This document shows positions 1 through 8,461 of a DNA stretch of 41,801 nt, in pieces (positions within the stretch are counted from its first letter, which is position 1; every line of letters begins with the position of its first letter). The translations under genes and the position numbers were made by a program. Source of the DNA: Candidatus Cloacimonadota bacterium (GTDB lineage Bacteria > Cloacimonadota > Cloacimonadia > Cloacimonadales > WRIO01); the NCBI GenBank assembly GCA_029564175.1, contig JAKQQL010000493.1:1-41801 (forward strand). The letters are read 5' to 3'. The notes under the pieces are model-generated. The model searched no databases. It saw only the letters and a list, made by a program, of their open reading frames with translations, and was not told where the DNA came from.

Positions 1-111
1 CAAAAATGGTCAGCAACCGAACCAAATGAACGAACAGAATACAATGGTGTTAAGTTAGAGATATGGAAGTTTAGTGACCAGTGGTCCAAAACAAAACGAA
101 GAAGAAGATAA
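1..111 (+). CDS. 3' end of an upstream AAA-ATPase/PD-(D/E)XK paralogue (partial)
   Basis: Translates QKWSATEPNERTEYNGVKLEIWKFSDQWSKTKRRRR*, identical in nucleotide sequence to 1644-1754, the tail of the next gene. Confidence 0.85.
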   Translation, partial: QKWSATEPNERTEYNGVKLEIWKFSDQWSKTKRRRR

Positions 112-368
112 AGGAGCTTATCATGAAATTCTTTAATACCGCAGGCCCGGTAAACCAACCGGAACATTATAAAGTAGATCCGCTTCACCGCTGGAAACTT
201 GAAGAAATTCTTTTACTAATTGAGCAAAAAAAGTACTTTATTCTTCATGCTCCCCGTCAGACCGGCAAAACAAGCTCCATGCTGGCATTGCAGGAATATC
301 TGAATCAGGAAGGTCAATATCTGGCTATCTATGCCAATTTTGAGATAGGGCAGGCTGCCAGAAATAAT
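1..368 (+). repeat. Near-identical direct repeat (partner 1644-2011, period 1643 bp) spanning a gene junction
   Basis: Direct comparison shows about four substitutions (near 119, 140, 278, 290). Confidence 0.95.
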
Positions 369-1754
369 GCAAATGAAGCCATATTGGCAATTATCAATGA
401 GTTAACCAGCAGGATTGAAGATTTAGATTCAAATATCAATATCAGAAAATTTTTACATGAATATATACCCGTATTTTCGTTTGGTACAGCAATTGAAACA
501 TTCTTAAAATATGTTTGCCAAAATATAAAAAAGCCGGTTATCATGCTGATTGATGAAATTGATTCTCTGGTAGGTGATTCTTTAATATCTGTTCTAAGAC
601 AATTACGGGCAGGCTATGATAAACGCCCTGGTTCTTTTCCTTCATCTGTGGTTTTATGCGGAGTAAGGGATATTAAAGATTACCGGATTCAAACCAGCGG
701 ACAGGATATTATTACCGGAGGAAGTGCCTTCAATATTAAAGCGGAATCACTCAGACTGGGGAATTTCAGTAAAGAAGATGTGATCAACCTTTATACCCAG
801 CATACAACAGAAACCGGTCAGAAATTTGAAGAAGCCTGTTTTGATCTGGTGATGGATTACACCGATGGTCAGCCCTGGTTGGTAAATGCCCTTGCCTATG
901 AAGTCACTTACACAATGTCAGAAAACAGAGACAGAACCATTACGATTACCCCTCAAATGCTGGAAATTGCGAAAGAACGCTTAATCTTATCACGACAGAC
1001 TCACCTTGATCAACTGGCTGACAAACTCAAAGAAGACAGGGTCAGAAACTTAATTCTGCCTATGATTTTGGGTGAAGAATTTGAATACAATATGGATGAT
1101 GCAAATTATTGTTCAGATCTGGGTCTGATAAAAAAGACCGGCAAGAGTTTCCAAATATCCAATTTAATCTATAAAGAGATTATACCAAGAGAGCTGACTG
1201 AAGTTTCTCAGGAAAATTTTCTTGCCAGATACCGTCCAGACTGGATCAATGCCGATGGCAGTATCAATTCCAATATATTACTTACGCTTTTTAAAGATTT
1301 CTGGAATGATAATTCCGGCATTTGGGCAAGTCATATTGCCGGCTATCAGGAAGCAGCTCCTCAATTGATTACGCAGGCATTTCTGCAAAGAGTAGCTAAT
1401 GGCAATGGTTTTATCAACAGAGAATACGGGGTATCCCGTAAACGAACTGATTTGATGCTTAAATGGTCTTATTCAGGTAATAATCAAATCCGGTATCAAA
1501 AAATTGTCATGGAACTAAAAGTCATCAATGAAAGACAGAGTTATGAAAAAGTGCGTCAGGAAGCACTGATTCAAACTGCTGAATATGCTAAAATATGCGG
1601 TTCTGATGAAGCTCATATCCTTATCTTCGACAGAAACAATACTCAAAAATGGTCAGCAACCGAACCAAATGAACGAACAGAATACAATGGTGTTAAGTTA
1701 GAGATATGGAAGTTTAGTGACCAGTGGTCCAAAACAAAACGAAGAAGAAGATAA
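123..1754 (+). CDS. AAA-like P-loop ATPase with C-terminal PD-(D/E)XK nuclease domain (copy 1)
   Basis: AAGGAG RBS before ATG 123; Walker A APRQTGKT, Walker B MLIDEID; C-terminal REY..RTDL..MELK..QTAEY nuclease-like motifs. Confidence 0.85.
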   Translation: MKFFNTAGPVNQPEHYKVDPLHRWKLEEILLLIEQKKYFILHAPRQTGKTSSMLALQEYLNQEGQYLAIYANFEIGQAARNNANEAILAIINELTSRIEDLDSNINIRKFLHEYIPVFSFGTAIETFLKYVCQNIKKPVIMLIDEIDSLVGDSLISVLRQLRAGYDKRPGSFPSSVVLCGVRDIKDYRIQTSGQDIITGGSAFNIKAESLRLGNFSKEDVINLYTQHTTETGQKFEEACFDLVMDYTDGQPWLVNALAYEVTYTMSENRDRTITITPQMLEIAKERLILSRQTHLDQLADKLKEDRVRNLILPMILGEEFEYNMDDANYCSDLGLIKKTGKSFQISNLIYKEIIPRELTEVSQENFLARYRPDWINADGSINSNILLTLFKDFWNDNSGIWASHIAGYQEAAPQLITQAFLQRVANGNGFINREYGVSRKRTDLMLKWSYSGNNQIRYQKIVMELKVINERQSYEKVRQEALIQTAEYAKICGSDEAHILIFDRNNTQKWSATEPNERTEYNGVKLEIWKFSDQWSKTKRRRR

Positions 1755-1765
1755 AGGAGCTAATC

Positions 1766-3373
1766 ATGAAATTCTTTAATACAGCAGGCCCGGTAAACCA
1801 ACCGGAACATTATAAAGTAGATCCGCTTCACCGCTGGAAACTTGAAGAAATTCTTTTACTAATTGAGCAAAAAAAGTACTTTATTCTTCATGCTCCCCGT
1901 CAGACCGGCAAAACAAGCTCTATGCTGGCATTACAGGAATATCTGAATCAGGAAGGTCAATATCTGGCTATCTATGCCAATTTTGAGATAGGGCAGGCTG
2001 CCAGAAATAATACAGAAGAAGGTCTCAAAGCAATTCTATCAGAAATAAAAAAAAGAACATCAATGATTTCAGATTGTATTTCATCAATTGATTTACCTGA
2101 AATATTCAGAACTGAAGGTGTCAACAGTGCGTTAAATTCTCTACTGACTATTATCTCAGAAAAAGCAAATAAGCCAGTTATCATGTTAATTGATGAAATT
2201 GATTCTTTGGTCGGAGACACACTCATATCAGTTCTCAGGCAACTCAGATCCGGCTATGACAAACGCCCGGGTTCTTTTCCTTCATCTGTGGTTTTATGCG
2301 GGGTAAGGGATATCAAAGATTACCGGATTCAAACCAGCGGTCAGGATATTATTACCGGAGGGAGTGCCTTCAATATTAAAGCGGAATCACTCAGACTGGG
2401 GAATTTCAGTAGAGAAGATGTAATCAATCTTTATACCCAGCATACAGAAGAAACCGGACAGAAATTTGAAGAAGCTTGTTTTGATCTGGTGATGGATTAC
2501 ACCGATGGTCAGCCCTGGTTGGTAAATGCCCTTGCCTATGAAGTCACTTACACAATGTCAGAAAACAGAGACAGAACCATCACGATTACCCCTGAAATGC
2601 TGGAAATTGCGAAAGAACGCTTAATCTTATCCAGACAGACTCACCTTGATCAACTGGCTGACAAACTCAAAGAAGACAGGGTCAGACGCTTAATTCTGCC
2701 TATGATACTAGGTGAAGAAGTGGAGCATAATGAAGATGATGCCAATTATTGCATCGATTTAGGTTTGGTAAAAAGAGTTAAAAAGGGTCTGCAAATATCC
2801 AATCTGATTTACAGAGAAGTTATCCCCAGAGAATTGACTGAAGTCGGTCAGGACAGGTTTCTTTCCAGATACAGCCCGGTTTGGGTGAATCCGGATGGCA
2901 GTATCAATGTCAAAACCCTGTTGACACTTTTTAAAGACTTTTGGAATGAAAATAGTGGTATATGGGCAAGTCATATCAATGGTTATCAGGAAGCTGCCCC
3001 ACAACTGATCACTCAGGCATTTCTGCAAAGAGTGGCAAATGGACAGGGTTATGTTTCCAGAGAATATGGTCTCTCTCGTAAGAGAACCGATCTGATGCTC
3101 AAATGGCAATATGAAAAAGAAGGGCAACTCTGTATTCAGAATGTGGTCATGGAACTCAAAATCATTCATCAAAAACTAAACTATCAAAAAGTATTGACTG
3201 AAGCCCTTGATCAAACAGCCGCCTATGCCAAAATATGTGGCGTCAGAGAAGCCAATATTTTGATCTTTGATCGTGATAAAAGCCAGAATTGGTCAGCAGA
3301 TGAACCTAATGAACTTGTGGAACATGATAGGATTCGGCTGGAAATCTGGAAACTCGGTAATGCGCAGTGGTAA
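1766..3373 (+). CDS. AAA-like P-loop ATPase with C-terminal PD-(D/E)XK nuclease domain (copy 2)
   Basis: AAGGAG RBS before ATG 1766; same Walker A/B; REYG..RTDL..MELK..QTAAY. Confidence 0.85.
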   Translation: MKFFNTAGPVNQPEHYKVDPLHRWKLEEILLLIEQKKYFILHAPRQTGKTSSMLALQEYLNQEGQYLAIYANFEIGQAARNNTEEGLKAILSEIKKRTSMISDCISSIDLPEIFRTEGVNSALNSLLTIISEKANKPVIMLIDEIDSLVGDTLISVLRQLRSGYDKRPGSFPSSVVLCGVRDIKDYRIQTSGQDIITGGSAFNIKAESLRLGNFSREDVINLYTQHTEETGQKFEEACFDLVMDYTDGQPWLVNALAYEVTYTMSENRDRTITITPEMLEIAKERLILSRQTHLDQLADKLKEDRVRRLILPMILGEEVEHNEDDANYCIDLGLVKRVKKGLQISNLIYREVIPRELTEVGQDRFLSRYSPVWVNPDGSINVKTLLTLFKDFWNENSGIWASHINGYQEAAPQLITQAFLQRVANGQGYVSREYGLSRKRTDLMLKWQYEKEGQLCIQNVVMELKIIHQKLNYQKVLTEALDQTAAYAKICGVREANILIFDRDKSQNWSADEPNELVEHDRIRLEIWKLGNAQW

Positions 3374-3412
3374 TTTTAAAAAATAAGAAAAGATTAAGTT
3401 ATTGGAGGTATT

Positions 3413-3910
3413 ATGTATTACAGATATTCATTTAAATACATTATTGGCTTATTTATAATTGGAAGTGGGTTGGATTATTTATTAAGGATGATATTGGGGT
3501 TACTTCCCGATTCTTTCATGATATTGGAGATTGTTGGTTCATTTATTACTAGTGTATTTATCTATTTTTATGTAGTTTACTCATTTTGCTATCGCCTGCA
3601 TGTTTCTGATACAGGTATGTCAGAAATATCTAATGTGTTTAATTCTCCTGTTTTTTACTATATCTTTGGTTCTCCAAAAACGGTTAAGGTTTTAGATCAC
3701 AGAGAATATGCATGGGAAAAAATAAAAAAGGTTGAAGCAGATAATCATTGGTTTTTTCCTGGTATCAATGTTACTTTTTTAGTCGATGGAAAACTTAAAT
3801 CATTTAAGATTTCTCCTTTCCTTGATGAGGTACAAACGATTCACCGAAAGATAAATGAGAAGGTTGAGCCCTATTTTATTGATGATGAAGCACGGAAAAT
3901 AATTGATTAG
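3413..3910 (+). CDS. Hypothetical membrane protein (two N-terminal TM helices, soluble C-terminal domain)
   Basis: GGAGG RBS; two hydrophobic segments in the first ~60 aa. Confidence 0.7.
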   Translation: MYYRYSFKYIIGLFIIGSGLDYLLRMILGLLPDSFMILEIVGSFITSVFIYFYVVYSFCYRLHVSDTGMSEISNVFNSPVFYYIFGSPKTVKVLDHREYAWEKIKKVEADNHWFFPGINVTFLVDGKLKSFKISPFLDEVQTIHRKINEKVEPYFIDDEARKIID

Positions 3911-4495
3911 TTCATAATTTAAAGATAATGAGCCACACCAGGCACAAAAAAAATGTGATAATGAAGGCTTAGAAATGCTTTTTTGGATTTTTACATCTAA
4001 GATTATTATTTGTTTCATAAAACAGATATCTACTGCTGATGCTTTGTAAAGTTCAGATATCCTGCTCTCTTTGGGTAATCATGTGTTCCCTGTTTAAATA
4101 TTACTTTCATTGACTCCTCTATATAATAATATACTCCTTTCTTCTTAAAAAACAATATCATTCTCTTATTATTCTCATATCTATCCTGTAGAAAACATAT
4201 ATTTCAACTCATACCTGCCTACCTCACAGGTCTTACTCATCTCTTGCCTTTCCATTATTGAGAATAGAAAGTGAATAGGAATGGAATAGGGATGAAAGAG
4301 GGCGGTATGAGGTATTTTATGAAATGACAGCTTTTTTATACCCGGTAAAGAGGCTGTGTAAAAACAATAATCAAGTTGGAATAACCGGTTGGTAGCCAGA
4401 TGGGGAAAAGACTGTACAAAACAAGAGTTCCGGAGGAACGATATATAATTAATATGGTGCGTAAGCGCCATGATAGCAATATCATACACTGATTG

Positions 4496-4710
4496 GCGCC
4501 GTAGGTGCGGCACAGAAAACCTTTCGTTTTTAAAACCAATAGTATCTTTTCTTAGAAATTTTAAAAAAATCAGCCAAAAAGACAAAAATGCCTTTTTTTG
4601 TCCGGGTAATGTATATAGAGACTTGTCGCATTTTTAACTCAAATCCCGCAAAGGCGGTTTTTAAGTCAAATCTGCTTGTATTCGTTTTAATTCTGCCACA
4701 CCTACGGCGC
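4496..4710. repeat. Composite repeat: inverted REP-like pair (4496-4512 / 4694-4710) enclosing a copy of a dispersed ~190-bp repeat
   Basis: GCGCCGTAGGTGCGGCA and TGCCACACCTACGGCGC are 16/17 inverted matches; 4513-4700 aligns with 15843-16032. Confidence 0.8.
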
Positions 4711-4836
4711 TTGATTTTTATAAATTGCGGCCAATGTACTTACGGAAAATAACAAATCTATTATTATTATAATTACAATATTATAATCATTTTATTAAAT
4801 TAATCCCTAAATATCTGTTTTAATTGTTTTTTCCAT

Positions 4837-4854
4837 TTGGCACAGAATCTGCTT
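4837..4854 (+). promoter_or_regulatory. Sigma54 (-24/-12) promoter of the NERD-helicase gene
   Basis: TTGGCACAGAATCTGCTT has exact GG-N10-GC spacing, ~27 bp before the ATG and upstream of the AAGGAG RBS. Confidence 0.7.
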
Positions 4855-4880
4855 TTCATATATTTTATAAAGGAGAAAAT

Positions 4881-6764
4881 ATGGAATCAAGAATTTTTCC
4901 GGATTGGGATCATATAAAAAACTTTCACAATCCTCTCACAGATGGTGAAAAAACTCTTCTTATCTATCTTGATAATAATCTTCCAAAAGATTCTAACTGG
5001 AAAGTTGGATCTCCTTTATCGGAATATCATGGTTGGTTGATTTTTGTTCAGCCTTATTTAAATGGTAGCAGACCTGATATAATTTTGTTTAATCCTTATG
5101 TTGGAATTCAAATTATTGAAGTAAAAGACTGGAATCTAAAATGTTATGGTATTACATATAATAAAGACAAAAAACAATCTGAAATGTATGCCACTAATAA
5201 AGAATATTCCTACACCATAAAACGCCCTGATAAACAAGTTGAATACTATAAAAATCTGTTAATTGAGCAACTTGTACCAAAAATCGGAGAGACCATTGAC
5301 AATATTAATAAAGTTTACGGTCTTATAAAAGTGTCTGTTTATTTTCATAACGAAACAACAGAAAGAGCAAATGAATTTTTTAGAGAATTCAAAATCAGTA
5401 AGAATATTCCGTTGTTTGGACAAGATATGCTAAAAGAAAACAATATCCATAAGATAGTTAAAGATTCAGTTCTTGATAAGAGTATATTTTGGAATAGCTC
5501 ATGGAATAATGAGATTCTATTTTGGTTAAAACCACCAATACACAGCCTTGAACAAGCAGAAAGCTTAAAATTAACTACAAACCAGATGAAAATAACACAA
5601 TCATTAAAAGGGCACAATAAAGTATGTGGAGTAGCAGGAAGTGGTAAAACGCAAGCATTAGCTTATAGGGCAGCAAATTTAGCCTCTCAGAAGAAGAAAG
5701 TTCTGATTTTGACTTTTAATATTACATTATGGCATTATATAAAAGATATGATTTCCCGAGCCCCTTTTCATTTTTCATGGGAATACATAACAATCAATCA
5801 TTTTCATTTGTTTTGTAGCAATATACTAAATAATGCAGGCGTCAACTGGCCTGCTCAACCTGCTGATAAAAATGATGAAAAGAAAATGGAAGAATATTTT
5901 AAAAGGACTATCCCAGAACATGTTATAAAAACAATAAAACAAAGAAAACTAATACTTGATAAATATGATGCCATTTTAATTGATGAAGGGCAAGACTACA
6001 ATGTAGAATGGTATTCAATGTTAAACAGATATTTTCTTTCAGAAAATGATGAAATTTTAATTGTATACGATAAAAAACAAAATATTTATCAAAGGGAATT
6101 AGAATGGTTTGATAAGAGATCTCAGAATATAGAATTATATAAACTTAAATCTGAGATTATCTATTTAAATACAACTTTTAGACTTCCAAAAAGAATTGCA
6201 TCATTAGCAAACAAGTTTAATGAACAATTCGTGCTTGAAAAGGAGACAAAAATTGAAAAATATATCAAGGATACTTCATTAGTTTATAGTGATCATATCG
6301 TCTGGGTTAATAATCCTAAAGGATTTTTTACTCAAAATATCTTTTACGCTTATGAAAAATTAAAATCTGAAGGCGAAAGTGCTTCTGATATTGTAATACT
6401 TGTTCCAACTCATAAAATGGGACTAAATCTGGTAACTCATTTTGAAAAATATAAAATTAGAGTAAATCATGTCTTTGAAAATAATGAAGATAGAAAAGGT
6501 CCTCATAGACATAAAAAATCATTTTGGTTAGGTGATGGAAGATTAAAAATGTGCACAATTCATAGCTTTAAAGGCTGGGAGTTAATGAATATTATCATTT
6601 ATATTCCTGAACAAACTCAGGGCAATGAAAAACAAATGGATTCAATTCTTTACACAGCTCTAACAAGATCAAGAAAAAATCTGATTATTTTTAACAATAA
6701 TGAAAGGTATTTTGAATTCGGAGAGGCTTTACCTAAACGGTGGGACAACCAGGATATTTTTTAG
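4881..6764 (+). CDS. NERD-type nuclease fused to SF1 (UvrD-like) helicase
   Basis: AAGGAG RBS, ATG 4881; NERD motifs GE..RPDIILF..IIEVKDW; helicase motifs GVAGSGKT, ILIDEGQD, DKKQNIY, TFR, TIHSFKGWE, LYTALTRSR. Confidence 0.85.
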   Translation: MESRIFPDWDHIKNFHNPLTDGEKTLLIYLDNNLPKDSNWKVGSPLSEYHGWLIFVQPYLNGSRPDIILFNPYVGIQIIEVKDWNLKCYGITYNKDKKQSEMYATNKEYSYTIKRPDKQVEYYKNLLIEQLVPKIGETIDNINKVYGLIKVSVYFHNETTERANEFFREFKISKNIPLFGQDMLKENNIHKIVKDSVLDKSIFWNSSWNNEILFWLKPPIHSLEQAESLKLTTNQMKITQSLKGHNKVCGVAGSGKTQALAYRAANLASQKKKVLILTFNITLWHYIKDMISRAPFHFSWEYITINHFHLFCSNILNNAGVNWPAQPADKNDEKKMEEYFKRTIPEHVIKTIKQRKLILDKYDAILIDEGQDYNVEWYSMLNRYFLSENDEILIVYDKKQNIYQRELEWFDKRSQNIELYKLKSEIIYLNTTFRLPKRIASLANKFNEQFVLEKETKIEKYIKDTSLVYSDHIVWVNNPKGFFTQNIFYAYEKLKSEGESASDIVILVPTHKMGLNLVTHFEKYKIRVNHVFENNEDRKGPHRHKKSFWLGDGRLKMCTIHSFKGWELMNIIIYIPEQTQGNEKQMDSILYTALTRSRKNLIIFNNNERYFEFGEALPKRWDNQDIF

Positions 6765-6769
6765 TAAGA

Positions 6770-8461
6770 TTACTTTTTATTCTTTTTATATAAGCTTATA
6801 AAATTATTCAATGAAGCCTTTTTTATCATCAACAGTTCAGATATTACTTCTCGAGAATCATATTTTTGTTCAAGAAACTGAATCAACTGATATTTAACAT
6901 CATCATAGAGTGCTTCAAACTTAACAATTCTATTTAAAATTAAAGATAGTATCATTTCCATTGAAAAAAGTGAAGGCTTATAAGCATCAGAAATTTCAAT
7001 TTTTTCTTTTTTGGGAATATTGAATGTAATCATTTTTGATTCAGACATTAGATAATTAATAACACTTTGATTTACTATTTTCTCTAATTCCCGGATATTC
7101 CCTGGAAATGAATATTGTTTTAATTGCTCTATGCTATTCTCATCAATTTTTAAGTCTGTAAAATGATTGAGCATCAACTGATCAAGATTATTTCTCTTAA
7201 TAAAACGAGAGATAAAATAAGCTATAAGCAAATCAATATCTTCAATTCTCTGATTAAGTGATGGAACTTCAATAGAAGAATCTGTTATTCTATAGTATAA
7301 ATCCACTCTGAATCTTTTTTGTTCTATTTCTTCTGTCAATATTTTATTTGTAGCATAAATCAGACGACAAGAGATATCAAATGGATGGTTTGATTTTGAG
7401 CCTAAGGGTAGTACCTTCTTTTCCTGAATAACTCTTAACAGCTTAGCTTGTTGATATAAGCTCATATCTCCAATCTCATCTAAAAATAATACGCCCTTTT
7501 TTGCTAATAAGAATGGGCTTTTTTTCTCTCCTATTGCCCCTGTAAATGCACCTTTTTCATATCCAAACATTTCACCCTCAAATAATGAATCCGGAATACC
7601 AGCACAATTATATGCTATAAATGGGCAATTCAAAAGACTATCTCTTCTGCCAAGAAAGTGAATTGCTTTGGCAACAAGCTCTTTTCCTGTGCCATTTTCG
7701 CCGGATATAAAAACATCATTATTTAGTTTTGAATAAAAAAGTATCTTCTTATATAAGTCAATCATAGCCTTACTTTTTCCAACAATAAAAGAAAATCCTT
7801 CGACCATTATAAATTCAATCACTGAATTTAAATAATCTATATGAAAATTGGATTTAGAAATGAAAAAGTCTCCGGATAACATAAAGACTTTAAAAGCACT
7901 GATGAGATCATCAAATCCGGAAAGCATAATGACTTTTACACTTGGATTTATTTGTTTAATTTTCTTCAAAATATCCAGACCATCAAGATCTTCATTTTTA
8001 AACTGAATGTCAATGATTGCAAGCTTTATATATTTTGACTCGTTTGACAATAGATTTACTGCTTCATTGGCTTTATTTAAAACAAAAATCTTTTTTGAAT
8101 AATCTCTGATTAACAATGCATCATCAATATCATCATCACAAAACAATACATTAGACTTGTTTTTGATCATGTTTATGATTTTTATATATTCATTTTTTGA
8201 AAGTTTCCCGTGTTGTTTTAATAATCGTTCCTTATTTCGATAATCTTCATCACTCTTTATTAAGTTTTTTTGTATTCTTATCTCATTTAAATCAGGAAGC
8301 TGGTAAATTTTATAATTCTTAAAATACTTTAAACTTGGATATTGTTTTAAAAGGACATCCAAAGAATCAAATGTTTCAAAAATTACGTCTAAGCCATTTT
8401 CAAGTAAATCAGTTATCTCTTCATCGGATTTTATATCTTTTAAAATGATTCTATTTTCCAT
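6770..8461 (-). CDS. Sigma54-dependent enhancer-binding response regulator (N-terminal extension, REC, AAA+, probable HTH)
   Basis: REC: VLFCDDD, AIIDIQF, VIMLSG, ISK; AAA+: GENGTGKE, EGEMFGYEKGAFTGA, LFLDEIGD, FRVDLYYRI, FPGNIRELE. Confidence 0.9.
   Translation of the reverse strand: MENRIILKDIKSDEEITDLLENGLDVIFETFDSLDVLLKQYPSLKYFKNYKIYQLPDLNEIRIQKNLIKSDEDYRNKERLLKQHGKLSKNEYIKIINMIKNKSNVLFCDDDIDDALLIRDYSKKIFVLNKANEAVNLLSNESKYIKLAIIDIQFKNEDLDGLDILKKIKQINPSVKVIMLSGFDDLISAFKVFMLSGDFFISKSNFHIDYLNSVIEFIMVEGFSFIVGKSKAMIDLYKKILFYSKLNNDVFISGENGTGKELVAKAIHFLGRRDSLLNCPFIAYNCAGIPDSLFEGEMFGYEKGAFTGAIGEKKSPFLLAKKGVLFLDEIGDMSLYQQAKLLRVIQEKKVLPLGSKSNHPFDISCRLIYATNKILTEEIEQKRFRVDLYYRITDSSIEVPSLNQRIEDIDLLIAYFISRFIKRNNLDQLMLNHFTDLKIDENSIEQLKQYSFPGNIRELEKIVNQSVINYLMSESKMITFNIPKKEKIEISDAYKPSLFSMEMILSLILNRIVKFEALYDDVKYQLIQFLEQKYDSREVISELLMIKKASLNNFISLYKKNKK

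Noticed and set aside
81..122. GTG-start extensions MVQNKTKKKIKELI of both AAA ORFs (also 1724-1765)
   Set aside because: They overlap the preceding gene's tail; a strong RBS precedes the downstream ATGs at 123 and 1766
369..2170. Diversity-generating retroelement as the cause of AAA variability
   Set aside because: No reverse transcriptase in the window, and differences are not adenine-specific
4030..4110. 26-aa minus-strand ORF with good RBS (MKVIFKQG...), possible gene remnant
   Set aside because: Too short to assign; no recognisable family
4181..4585. Minus-strand ORFs 4181-4585 and 4336-4539
   Set aside because: They lie over repeats, lack an RBS and have no protein-like motifs
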